DNA of 64,000 nt from Candidatus Nanopelagicales bacterium (GTDB taxonomy: Bacteria; Actinomycetota; Actinomycetes; S36-B12), in contig JAQTZL010000001.1 of NCBI GenBank assembly GCA_028687755.1, forward strand, positions 201,404 through 265,403. Reading direction: 5' to 3'. Position 1 is the first letter of the stretch; each line of letters begins with the position of its first letter. Under the pieces are notes generated by a model. The model saw nothing but the letters and a program-made list of their open reading frames with translations. It searched no databases and had not been told where the DNA came from. Below, piece by piece: positions 49,332-58,635 of the stretch. The position numbers were made by a program, and so were the translations under genes.

Positions 49332-49706
49332 CTATTTTGATCCCAGTGCAACCAACAGCACCACGATCACGATTGCCATCACGACGATCGCCACGGTTTT
49401 CCCCGTTGACTTGTGCTGATCGCTAGTGGTGTTGCGAGCTCCGGGGGCAATAACTAAGCCGGGTGAGCTAGTTGGCTCAGCTAGATTTGTATGCTCGCGC
49501 GTGTCCTCTGGGGCAGCACCCACATGACCAACCACTTCAGTGTCATACACACCCGTGCCGGGAAGGCCCACCGTGCGCCGCACCTGACCCTTGGAGTTCA
49601 CGCCAACGCGTGCGCCCTTGACGCCCAGTGACGCAGACATCCCGCGCTTGGTTGCCGTGACTCGTAATGGACCAAACCCCACTGAGCGCCGAAACTGTAA
49701 TCCCAT
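49332..49706 (-). CDS. DUF4236 protein with a C-terminal membrane anchor
   Basis: MGLQFRRSVGFGPLRVTATKRGMSASLGVKGARVG is the DUF4236 signature. The C-terminus has the hydrophobic helix VAIVVMAIVIVVLLVALG. Confidence 0.65.
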   Translation of the reverse strand: MGLQFRRSVGFGPLRVTATKRGMSASLGVKGARVGVNSKGQVRRTVGLPGTGVYDTEVVGHVGAAPEDTREHTNLAEPTSSPGLVIAPGARNTTSDQHKSTGKTVAIVVMAIVIVVLLVALGSK

Positions 49707-49937
49707 ACTTCGATCATCCCCCATCCGACTGACAAAGCGTCACAATTCCTGCAGACCGAGATGGAAAGTCGGGGAACTACTGAAGGCACGCCATGACATG
49801 GCATGTCTCACCATCACAACAGGCTTTGCCCGCATTGGCGTTGAGGCGAGTCGATTGGGCGCAGTGTCAGTGTCCAAATTCTCAGCGCTGCCTGGGGTCT
49901 CAACGACGGCAACCGGTGCCCAACTGGCCAGACGGGT

Positions 49938-50654
49938 TTGGACAACATTCCCGTCACCTTTAACTGGTTCATCAAGAACGACAGCATTGCTGTCACAGAC
50001 TTCCTCATCACCAGAAGTGATGGCACCACAGTCAACCCCACCTGTGCGCTGCAGTATCCGCCTGATGAATTAAATGATGCCCAAACCGTGAACCTCATTG
50101 GCAACTTCGGTGATCCCAAAGCTGCACGCCCCATCACGGTGACTCTGACCGGTGAACTCCAAGGTCATATTCCAGGAGCACAAACAACCACAACTCCCAA
50201 CGCACTGCAATGGAAAACCATCGCTCCAGGTTTGAGTGCTCCAATCGTTCAGATTGAAGCGGGCCCAGATATTTCTGATGCATGGCGAATCACCCCAGCA
50301 CTCATGGCTGGCGATAAGAACGCCTGCACCGTAGGTGAAACCTTTGTGCGTGTGGTGTGGTCAAACGGAATGACGGCCTACCCCACCGGTGCTGAGATCG
50401 GCCAAGCAGCAACGAACTCCTACCGTGCGCTGTTCACACTGCCCAACAAAACAGTGATCAATATGCGACCACTCGCAGTTGCCGACCTTGCTGACCACAG
50501 CACCCCAGCCATGGACGACAACATGCATGATCTCTGCCTACCCAAGGTGCCTAAAGGTGCAGTGTTGAGCCAGATCAGGATCGGTGCGAAGTTCCTGCAG
50601 GATCCCAATGGTGATCCCAATGCCGTTCAGCGCTTCAAGGTTCGCAACGCTTAA
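49938..50654 (+). CDS. hypothetical protein (TTG start in the ORF track)
   Basis: 238-aa ORF with no signal peptide and no recognised family. The start codon is uncertain. Confidence 0.35.
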   Translation: MDNIPVTFNWFIKNDSIAVTDFLITRSDGTTVNPTCALQYPPDELNDAQTVNLIGNFGDPKAARPITVTLTGELQGHIPGAQTTTTPNALQWKTIAPGLSAPIVQIEAGPDISDAWRITPALMAGDKNACTVGETFVRVVWSNGMTAYPTGAEIGQAATNSYRALFTLPNKTVINMRPLAVADLADHSTPAMDDNMHDLCLPKVPKGAVLSQIRIGAKFLQDPNGDPNAVQRFKVRNA

Positions 50655-51481
50655 CCTGAAACAGCCATCTGCTGCTTGAGGTTCGCGACGTACTGACCAC
50701 CGCTCATCAATTGCATCGTGACTGTGCACGTCATATACCCGTTTAGCACCATCTGTGCATTGAATGGAGTCATGCAGCTCACCGTGTAAGCCTGCGAGGC
50801 GGTGGCGCCCATGAGATTGCCGGTGCCGTTCATCCAGGCCTGATTCATGATCGCGGAAAGTGACGAGGTTGCTGCTGCCCAGGTGGTTGCGTTGTTCGGG
50901 GCAAACACATATTGCTGCAGCGACTGCTGCAACGAGGCAACGAGTGCGTCGGTTGAACCACTCCCCGCATCGTCAATGAACAGGCTTGCGGATACAAAGG
51001 TGCGTGGGGTCACCGGGCGCACCCAGTTCGAGCCCTTTTGCAATGGATCAACAGCACGATAGGTACGAGTTGCAGTGAATGACAGCGAACGACCAGATGC
51101 CGAGTAGCGCGGGTGCGAAAGTGTGACCACGATCGAAGACGGAGCAATGCCAGCACCGCGTGAATAGGTCAGCACGGCATTGGGTGCTGACGAAGCAAAC
51201 CAAGAATTCCAATTCGAGACCAGCGCCGATGGAGACATCACCGAGGCTGATCGAAAGGGACGATCGGCGAACTTCGTGACCGGATCGACACCGCGCAAGG
51301 AAAGCGTGAAGCGCTCGTCGACACCAGGACCGGCGGGCAAGACGGATGTGGAGCCCGACACTGACTGCACTGTGAATAGGTATGACGGCGTTGCAGCATT
51401 AACTTCGGAAATAGATACAAAGGAAAGCGCAAACGAAATCAATATTGAAGTTAACTTTGTGACAAAACTAATTGCTCTCAC
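50651..51481 (-). CDS. secreted hypothetical protein, paralog B
   Basis: It has a signal peptide and shares the FADRPFR / APNAVL / SLFIDD motifs with paralog A. It carries a distinct C-terminal module of about 85 aa. Confidence 0.5.
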   Translation of the reverse strand: MRAISFVTKLTSILISFALSFVSISEVNAATPSYLFTVQSVSGSTSVLPAGPGVDERFTLSLRGVDPVTKFADRPFRSASVMSPSALVSNWNSWFASSAPNAVLTYSRGAGIAPSSIVVTLSHPRYSASGRSLSFTATRTYRAVDPLQKGSNWVRPVTPRTFVSASLFIDDAGSGSTDALVASLQQSLQQYVFAPNNATTWAAATSSLSAIMNQAWMNGTGNLMGATASQAYTVSCMTPFNAQMVLNGYMTCTVTMQLMSGGQYVANLKQQMAVSG

Positions 51482-51647
51482 AACTTTCCTCTCTCATACG
51501 TCGATTGTCTAAGAGAAATCCAAGCAACCACGCGCGCAAGTGAATCATATTCATAGATGGCTAAAGAGAGTGAGTTGCGTTCATATCTCCTGTTTAGAAG
51601 AGTGAATACATACGCATGCACCCAAGCCCTGCAATAAGATTCAGAAC

Positions 51648-52643
51648 ATGAGCAATAAGGGGGATAAATTGCAACCTGAATCTGTCCGGCTGTTTGTTGA
51701 TACAACTCGCCAAATGCTCAATAGAGAAGAATTCCTATTTCCATATATTTGGGCACAGAGGCAATACCGCGATGACAATTATCAGATGGCTTCAGCGAGT
51801 TTGCTAGAAGATTTGTTCTTTGACACTTTGGGAACATATACAAAGCAGCAATTTCCCGGGGCCTCATTTTCCCGCAGACAAGGCCGCGAACCCTGGGATT
51901 ATGAATTTAGTGGTGTTGAATTTAGTCATAAAGAAGGTCAAACACCTATGTTCACGGCCGTATGGCAGGCCGGCAGTGGAGAAAGAAATAAGACTCCCAT
52001 CTATGAATTCTGGGACTACTCACACCCAATCACATTCGTTTACACTCCTCCATCGATGACAATTGACTGGGAACTGCTATCACCTAATCAGCTTGGAAAT
52101 GCGGAAGTTTTTGGCAAAGCAAAATTTCTTACACCCCGCTCGCTTGCACAAAGACTGCCAGAGAATTCTGTTATCGCTTATGGAAAATTGTCCGGCGATT
52201 TTTTTACTGTCGAACTTATATTCGAACTAAGGGAATTCGTTGACTTCTCAATACAAGATGTTCGGGAACGCATCGGGTCATCTGATTTGCTGAGTTCTGA
52301 TTTCTTACTGATCACTCATATCTCTCCGAATGGACGGATTTCTGACTCACTTGATAGTCAGAATGACCCAACTACGATTCACTTAAAGAATAATCCCTTC
52401 CTGCCAGGCATTTACGTCCTTGCGGGGGATGAAATAATGAACGTCCCCATGGAATCCAATAACAAAGCCCACTTTGTTCCAAGAGCCGAAGTGCTCAGTC
52501 GAATGGACAGCGCAAGAAAGGATGGCAGATTTATACATTTGCCATTGTGGCCGTCACTTTATGCCGATATGACACCACCAAATCTTTACATGATTCAGCG
52601 TAAGCAGTTTGATGAAATTTTTCAGGCGCGTAAGCGGATTTAA
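51648..52643 (+). CDS. candidate type II restriction endonuclease (uncharacterised)
   Basis: 331-aa ORF, visibly AT-richer than its surroundings. It is convergent with the C5-methyltransferase gene and their 3' ends overlap by 4 nt. No family was recognised. Confidence 0.4.
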   Translation: MSNKGDKLQPESVRLFVDTTRQMLNREEFLFPYIWAQRQYRDDNYQMASASLLEDLFFDTLGTYTKQQFPGASFSRRQGREPWDYEFSGVEFSHKEGQTPMFTAVWQAGSGERNKTPIYEFWDYSHPITFVYTPPSMTIDWELLSPNQLGNAEVFGKAKFLTPRSLAQRLPENSVIAYGKLSGDFFTVELIFELREFVDFSIQDVRERIGSSDLLSSDFLLITHISPNGRISDSLDSQNDPTTIHLKNNPFLPGIYVLAGDEIMNVPMESNNKAHFVPRAEVLSRMDSARKDGRFIHLPLWPSLYADMTPPNLYMIQRKQFDEIFQARKRI

Positions 52644-53977
52644 TGCTGCAGTTTCGCTAAGGCCACATCCGGGGACTTTCCTGATTCCTGTATCGCTTGG
52701 AGCAGTTTCGGAGCGTGCTTTTTAAGATGATCCTCGTCTCGCCCTGCCAGAGAATTCATGACGTACCAAATGGCTCCAACTGAAACTCCATTACCCAACT
52801 GCTTATATGTTGTCGAAGACTTTTGCCCCGAGAAGTCGAACCATTCAGGGAGACCTTGTAACCGGGCTGCTTCACGAGGTGAAAGTCGCCGCTCCCTAGG
52901 ACCAACAATGCTGGTCTGAGTTATTGCAACAAGTGCAGGCACATAAGTTGGGGCCTTTGCGCGAATACCTGACGGACGCAAGTGCATAACTGCGTCCCAA
53001 AGGGAAGGCGTGTCTTGAGCCTGCCATTCGAGTTTTCTCCGTGATGCGGGGAACGCATCTGTATACACTCCCCATTTTTTCGCCCAAGCATCAATTGCTT
53101 TCTTATGCGCGGTGTAGAACTCCGCGTTCTTCCTTAGGTAATCAGACTTCCATTTAGGAGTGTCTTTTGGAATCACTAAATTTTTTGTCAGGACCCATTC
53201 ATCAGCCCACAATGGAAACCCAGGTAAACGTCGCCCTTCGCGTGCTTCCCACATTTTGACAACAAAGTCATTCCAAGCATCAATCCAAAGCCGCTCTGAC
53301 TGACTCAGATCACAATCTTCAGCATGATGATCTGCATCGAGAGGAAGGTCGGACTCGAGATGCCAAGTAGACGGATCCCATCCGGCTACAGGCCTGTTTT
53401 CAAATGCAGGATCCACATCAAGTTCATGACGACTCACGCCTTTACCAACATACGTGGCTGTTATGAAAACTCGTTCACGTACTTGAGGACGGCCACCCAT
53501 ATCCGGCGGCAATAAATGTGGAGAGAAGATGGATGGCTGCTTGGAAACTCGGTAGCCCTCATCTTGAAGGGTCTCAATAATGACCTGCCACTCATGAAGG
53601 TGACGGGGTCCTGCAAGATTTCGAACGTTTTCAAGAAGCACGATTGACGGATGATGGGCCTGAATAATCTTGAGAATGTTCCAATAAAGCGTTCCGCGAG
53701 TCTCATCCATGCCGCGCTGGGCGCCACTCTTGCTAAATGGCTGACAAGGAAATCCTGCCGCAAGAACGTCATGTGGAGGGACGTTCATAACGTCGTCATT
53801 CGCGTCTTGAGTTAAATCTGAAAGTGGGTTCAATCCCCAGTTTTGTTTGTAAATTTTTGCAGCGGCAGGATCAATTTCAGAAGCGTAGACACATTGCCCG
53901 CCCATTCCGGAAAGTGCAGCATGGAACCCACCGATCCCTGCAAAGAGGTCGATGAACGTGAAGGCAGGCTTCGTCAT
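52640..53977 (-). CDS. dcm: DNA (cytosine-5)-methyltransferase
   Basis: Motif I FIDLFAGIGGF, motif IV GFPCQPFS, motif VI ENV, motif VIII QVRERVF and motif X QLGNGVSV are present, with a long variable region between VIII and IX. Confidence 0.9.
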   Translation of the reverse strand: MTKPAFTFIDLFAGIGGFHAALSGMGGQCVYASEIDPAAAKIYKQNWGLNPLSDLTQDANDDVMNVPPHDVLAAGFPCQPFSKSGAQRGMDETRGTLYWNILKIIQAHHPSIVLLENVRNLAGPRHLHEWQVIIETLQDEGYRVSKQPSIFSPHLLPPDMGGRPQVRERVFITATYVGKGVSRHELDVDPAFENRPVAGWDPSTWHLESDLPLDADHHAEDCDLSQSERLWIDAWNDFVVKMWEAREGRRLPGFPLWADEWVLTKNLVIPKDTPKWKSDYLRKNAEFYTAHKKAIDAWAKKWGVYTDAFPASRRKLEWQAQDTPSLWDAVMHLRPSGIRAKAPTYVPALVAITQTSIVGPRERRLSPREAARLQGLPEWFDFSGQKSSTTYKQLGNGVSVGAIWYVMNSLAGRDEDHLKKHAPKLLQAIQESGKSPDVALAKLQH

Positions 53978-54038
53978 GCTGCGACCTTACGGTTCATGTC
54001 TGACATTGCCCTATCTCCGAATTGATTCCACAAACTGG

Positions 54039-54077
54039 CGAATGGGGCCCTAACCAAAGTTGGTCGGGCCCCATTCG
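54039..54077 (-). terminator. hairpin downstream of nrdJ
   Basis: cgaatggggccc ... gggccccattcg forms a perfect 12-bp stem 13 nt after the nrdJ stop. Confidence 0.6.
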
Positions 54078-54089
54078 TTGAGTTATCGA

Positions 54090-56966
54090 TTAGCTGCAAC
54101 CACTGGTGCTGCCGCAACCCTCACACACGTAGCAGCTGCCTGCTGGCCGCATCTTGATACCGCAGGTCATGCACAGCGGTGCATCACTTGCAGTGCCCGT
54201 GATCTGCTCCATGAGTTCAGCACTCGAGTGAGCGATCTTGACTTCTTGCTTGGTTGATGCTGCTGGTGCTGCAGTTTGAGTTGCAGTAGCAGTTGCTTCA
54301 GCTGCAACTTCAGTGGCTGCATCTTCAACATCGTTGTCGAAGTCAGCTGCTGGAGCTGGGTTGTAGCTTGCCGCAACCGTTGCGGTGCGCTCATCGGCAC
54401 TGAAGATGCCTAGGGCTTCGCGCTGCTCGTATGGCAAGTAATCCAATGCCAAGCGACGGAAGATGTAGTCCATGATCGACTGGCTGATCCGGATATCTGG
54501 ATCGTCGGTCATGCCTGCAGGCTCAAAGCGCATGTTCACGAACTTGCTCACGAAGGCTTCCAGCGGCACGCCGTACTGAATGGCGATGCTGATCGCGATC
54601 GAGAACGCATCCATCACACCAGCAAGCGTGGAACCCTGCTTGCCGAGCTTGAGGAATACCTCACCAAGCGCACCATCTTCGTAGCTGCCTGCGGTCATAT
54701 AGCCCTCGGCGCCAGCGACACTAAATGATGTCGTGCGGCTTGGACGTGACTTAGGAAGACGACGACGAGTTGGCTTGCCAGCAAGTTCAGCAATAGCTTC
54801 GGCGGTCAGCTCGATAATGTCATCGACCTTCTTTGCCTTGGCATCGCTGAGCGGCTGGCCAACCTTGCAGTTGTCGCGGTAGATCGCAAGCGCCTTGACG
54901 CCCATCTTCCATGCTTCGAAGTAGATCTCCTCAACTTCGTCGATGGTGGCATCTTCTGGCATGTTCACGGTCTTTGAAATTGCACCGGAGATGAATGGCT
55001 GCACTGCTGCCATCATGCGCACGTGACCCATTGGGGTGATGGAGCGAGCACCCATAGCGGTGTCGAAGATCGCGTAATGCTCGAGCTTCAAACCTGGGGC
55101 GTCGATCACGTGACCGTTTTCGCCAATGAATTCAACAATGGCTTCAATGGTTTCTTCGGTGTAGTTCAAGCGACGAAGCGCCAACGGAATGGTCTGGTTG
55201 ACGATCTGCATTGAGCCGCCGCCAACAAGCTTCTTGAACTTGACCAATGAGAAGTCAGGCTCGATACCGGTGGTGTCGCAATCCATCATGAAGCCGATGG
55301 TGCCGGTTGGTGCAAGCACGGAGGCTTGCGCGTTACGCCAGCCGTTCTTCTCACCTGTCTTGAGTGCTTCAGCCCAGGTCTTGGTTGCGACCTTGAGCAC
55401 ATCGCCATCAAGGGAAGAGAAGGCGCGCACGTTGTCGTTAGCCGAAGCATGCTTGCGCATGACGCGCTTGTGACCTTCTTCGTTGCGCTTGTAACCGTCG
55501 TAAGCACCAACGATGCCTGCGAGCTCTGCTGAGCGCTTGTAAGCAGAAGCGTTCATCAAGCTGGTGATGCTTGCTGCAAATGCGCGGCCAGCTTCTGAGT
55601 CATAAGGAAGGCCGGTTGCCATCAACAATGCACCGAGGTTTGCGTAACCGATGCCAAGCTGACGGTAACGACGAGTGGTGTCACCAATTGGTGCGGTTGG
55701 GAAGTCAGCAAAGCAGATGGAGATGTCCATTGCGGTGATGATGAATTCCGCAGCCTTAGCAAAACGCTTGGCGTCGAATGTTCCGTCTTCCTTCAAGAAC
55801 TTGAGCAAGTTCAAGCTTGCAAGGTTGCAAGAAGAGTTGTCCAGGCTCATGTATTCAGAGCAAGGGTTTGATGCGTTGATGCGACCGGTTTCTGGGTTGG
55901 TGTGCCAGTCATTGATGGTGTCGTCGTACTGGATACCAGGATCGGCGCAAGCCCATGCTGCTTCGCTCATCTTGCGGAAGAGCTGCTTTGCATTGATGGT
56001 TTCAACAACTGCACCGTCGGTGCGTGCGGTCAAACCAAATGGCTCGTCGTTCTCAACAGCGCGCATGAACAGATCGCTAACGCGAACTGAGTTGTTTGCG
56101 TTCTGATACTGAACAGAAACGATGTCTTTGCCACCAAGATCCATGTCGTAGCCAGCGTCGCGAAGTACGCGGATCTTGTCTTCTTCGCGAACCTTGGTCT
56201 CGATGAATTCTTCGATGTCTGGGTGATCAACATCGAGCACGACCATCTTTGCTGCACGGCGAGTTGCGCCGCCGCTCTTGATGGTGCCTGCTGATGCGTC
56301 AGCGCCGCGCATGAAGCTCACTGGGCCTGATGCGGTGCCACCTGAACTCTTGAGAAGTTCTTTCGCACTGCGGATTCTTGAGAGGTTGAGGCCTGCGCCT
56401 GATCCGCCCTTGAAGATCATGCCTTCTTCGCGGTACCAGTTCAGGATCGAATCCATGGTGTCGTCAACGCTGAGGATGAAGCATGCGCTGACCTGCTGTG
56501 GTGAGTTGGTGCCAACGTTGAACCACACTGGTGAGTTGAAGCTGAACACCTGGTTCAACAACATGTCGGTGAGTTCGAGTTCAAAGATGTCGCCGTCAGC
56601 TTCGGTGCGGAAGTATCCGTTTTCGCGGCCAGCCTTGGTGTAGGTAAGCACGACTCTGTCGATGAGCTGCTTAAGGCTCCACTCGCGGTTCTCTGCGCCC
56701 ACTGCACCACGGAAGTACTTGGTGGTGACGATGGTTGAAGCGTTCACGCTCCAAAAATCAGGGAATTCAACGCCGCGCTGCTCGAAGACGATCTCGCCGG
56801 TCTTCCAGTTCGTCTGAACAACGTCGCGACGTTCCCACGTCACGGTGTCGTATGGGTGCTTACCTTCAGCGGTGTAAAGGCGCTCCATTACGAGGCCTGG
56901 CTTGTTCAGGGTGTTATGGATAAAACCCTCTTTGGTACTGGCCGGAGTACTTGTGGTGACCGACAT
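54090..56966 (-). CDS. nrdJ: class II (adenosylcobalamin-dependent) ribonucleotide reductase
   Basis: 958 aa with NPCSEY active-site region, the ATP-cone-less long form, and a C-terminal Cys cluster (CMTCG...CYVCEGCG). It lies directly downstream of nrdR. Confidence 0.9.
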   Translation of the reverse strand: MSVTTSTPASTKEGFIHNTLNKPGLVMERLYTAEGKHPYDTVTWERRDVVQTNWKTGEIVFEQRGVEFPDFWSVNASTIVTTKYFRGAVGAENREWSLKQLIDRVVLTYTKAGRENGYFRTEADGDIFELELTDMLLNQVFSFNSPVWFNVGTNSPQQVSACFILSVDDTMDSILNWYREEGMIFKGGSGAGLNLSRIRSAKELLKSSGGTASGPVSFMRGADASAGTIKSGGATRRAAKMVVLDVDHPDIEEFIETKVREEDKIRVLRDAGYDMDLGGKDIVSVQYQNANNSVRVSDLFMRAVENDEPFGLTARTDGAVVETINAKQLFRKMSEAAWACADPGIQYDDTINDWHTNPETGRINASNPCSEYMSLDNSSCNLASLNLLKFLKEDGTFDAKRFAKAAEFIITAMDISICFADFPTAPIGDTTRRYRQLGIGYANLGALLMATGLPYDSEAGRAFAASITSLMNASAYKRSAELAGIVGAYDGYKRNEEGHKRVMRKHASANDNVRAFSSLDGDVLKVATKTWAEALKTGEKNGWRNAQASVLAPTGTIGFMMDCDTTGIEPDFSLVKFKKLVGGGSMQIVNQTIPLALRRLNYTEETIEAIVEFIGENGHVIDAPGLKLEHYAIFDTAMGARSITPMGHVRMMAAVQPFISGAISKTVNMPEDATIDEVEEIYFEAWKMGVKALAIYRDNCKVGQPLSDAKAKKVDDIIELTAEAIAELAGKPTRRRLPKSRPSRTTSFSVAGAEGYMTAGSYEDGALGEVFLKLGKQGSTLAGVMDAFSIAISIAIQYGVPLEAFVSKFVNMRFEPAGMTDDPDIRISQSIMDYIFRRLALDYLPYEQREALGIFSADERTATVAASYNPAPAADFDNDVEDAATEVAAEATATATQTAAPAASTKQEVKIAHSSAELMEQITGTASDAPLCMTCGIKMRPAGSCYVCEGCGSTSGCS

Positions 56967-57020
56967 GGGTGGTGCCTTTCTTTCATTTTCGGATAAGGAC
57001 CGGGAAGCCTTTGTGGGGAA

Positions 57021-57509
57021 CTACTTGGTGGTGCTGGTGGTGCTCGGCTCTTGTCCGAGTGGTTCGCCCTCTGCGCGCAGCAGTGCGATCTCGGCTTCGA
57101 AATCCTCAAGGGTGTCGAAGGAGCGGTAGACGGAAGCAAAGCGGAGGTAGGCAACTTCATCGAGTTCACGAAGCGGCCCCAGGATGGCTAGGCCAACCTC
57201 TTGGGTAGGGACTTCAGACGCACCAGCGGCACGCAAGGTGTCTTCTACCTGTTGAGCTAATCGAGCAAGATCGTCATCACTGACGGGACGGCCTTGGCAG
57301 GCTTTGCGCACACCGTTGACCACCTTTTGGCGATTGAAGGTTTCCAGAGCGCCAGATCGCTTCGCGATCAGGAGGATTGAGGTCTCAGCCGTAGTGAACC
57401 GGCGACCACATTGGGCGCATTCGCGACGACGACGGATAGCTAGGCCATCCTCAGCCGCCCGGGAGTCGACCACGCGGGAATCGTCTTCTTTGCAGAATGG
57501 GCATCTCAT
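57021..57509 (-). CDS. nrdR: transcriptional repressor NrdR
   Basis: [17 protein letters not shown] zinc ribbon, a second Cys pair ([10 protein letters not shown]), then an ATP-cone. Confidence 0.95.
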   Translation of the reverse strand: MRCPFCKEDDSRVVDSRAAEDGLAIRRRRECAQCGRRFTTAETSILLIAKRSGALETFNRQKVVNGVRKACQGRPVSDDDLARLAQQVEDTLRAAGASEVPTQEVGLAILGPLRELDEVAYLRFASVYRSFDTLEDFEAEIALLRAEGEPLGQEPSTTSTTK

Positions 57510-57616
57510 CGGTGTCTCTCCCTTCTCATCTGTTTACTTCCGTAACATCTGTTTCACTTCTTCGGCCGTCTTGGGGATTTCTTGGGGGAAATCTTGTGGA
57601 CAACCTGTGGTTAGCG

Positions 57617-57664
57617 AACCACTACCTGTGGAGTAATCACGACGTTGTAACTACTACATCTAGG
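57617..57664 (-). promoter_or_regulatory. probable tandem NrdR boxes upstream of nrdR-nrdJ
   Basis: Two related 16-mers, aaccactacctgtgga (57617-57632) and aactactacatctagg (57649-57664), lie 32 bp apart. This matches the tandem, helically phased arrangement reported for NrdR boxes. The match to the published consensus was judged from memory. Confidence 0.45.
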
Positions 57665-57989
57665 GGTCGAAACATTACTGTGCGCTAGGCCACTTTGCAA
57701 GATTTCGACACCGACACGCCGCCACGATTCTTTTTTGCCCCTGATTTGGTCGTGCTGTGTGGGTTTTGCTCGAGTATTCGGGTCATTCCTGGGGTCCACT
57801 GCCCCACTTCTTTTACTTTCGCGTTATCCACAAGCCCTATCTATAGGGGCTAGCTCTGACATTGGGGTTTGCCTGCTTTTCTCCTTGAGCGCTCGTTGGT
57901 TATCCACTGCAGGTGGAATGTCTGGATTGCGTCCACAGATTGCGAGTCTGGCCTTTTCTTCTTGGTGTCTAGTAGATTAGACAGCAAGG

Positions 57990-58199
57990 GTGAAACGTCG
58001 AGAATTTATCGCGATCCTGAGCACCTTGGCTCACGAGGCAGGCGTTGAGTTTGTCTTTGTGCGCAATGGAAGCCGCCATGACATCTATCGCGTCCATCAC
58101 CTCCCGATCAGCATTCCTCGGCATCGGGAACTTTCAGAAAGATTGACAGTTCGAGAAATTGGCAATTGCAAGAAATACCTCAAGGAGTTGAAGCCATGA
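57990..58199 (+). CDS. hicA: HicA-family mRNA interferase toxin
   Basis: 69 aa with GSRHDIYRV ... IPRHRELS, a HicA-like pattern. Its stop overlaps the downstream start (ATGA). Confidence 0.65.
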   Translation: MKRREFIAILSTLAHEAGVEFVFVRNGSRHDIYRVHHLPISIPRHRELSERLTVREIGNCKKYLKELKP

Positions 58200-58591
58200 G
58201 AAAAAAGTACAAGGTCTTTGCGGTTCAAGACGGCCCTTGGTGGTCATTACATATTCCAGGCATTGAAGGCGCCCTTGGCGGTGAAATCAATACGCAAGCT
58301 CGCAGAATTAATCGCATTGAGAGTATGGCTCGAGATGCAATTTCACTCATGCTCGAAGCTCCTGCAGATTCTTTTGATATCGATATCCACTTCGAGATGA
58401 CAGATGAGATGCGCGCAGTGCTCAATGAAATCAACGAAGCAAAAGCTTCCGCTCTCCAAGCTCAGTCACTACTTGCTCAACGCACACGTTCAGCCGTGCG
58501 GTATTTACAAGCCCATGGTTTGAGTACTCGCGATAGCGGCACACTCATTGGCCTTTCAGCACAAAGGGTTTCGCAGTTACTTTCTGAGTGA
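58196..58591 (+). CDS. hicB: HicB-like antitoxin with a C-terminal HTH
   Basis: The start is set at MRKKYKVFAVQDGPWWSLHIPGI (HicB-like N-terminal fold pattern). The C-terminal HTH is GLSTRDSGTLIGLSAQRVSQLL. Confidence 0.6.
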   Translation: MRKKYKVFAVQDGPWWSLHIPGIEGALGGEINTQARRINRIESMARDAISLMLEAPADSFDIDIHFEMTDEMRAVLNEINEAKASALQAQSLLAQRTRSAVRYLQAHGLSTRDSGTLIGLSAQRVSQLLSE

Positions 58592-58635
58592 GCGATCCTC
58601 AACCATTGATCTAGAACAAAAAGTGCTGCACGATA

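Noticed and set aside
49591-50137. ORFs 49591..50073 (+) and 49814..50137 (-) as real genes or as the missing N-terminus of the 49938 orphan.
   Set aside because: The first is largely antisense to the well-supported DUF4236 gene. Neither shows a signal peptide or family features. They are in frames different from the orphan, with no clear frameshift junction.
57595-57940. A replication origin (oriC), suggested by the DnaA-box-like motifs.
   Set aside because: There are only a handful of boxes, no dnaA/dnaN context and no AT-rich unwinding element. A regulatory role or chance is more plausible.
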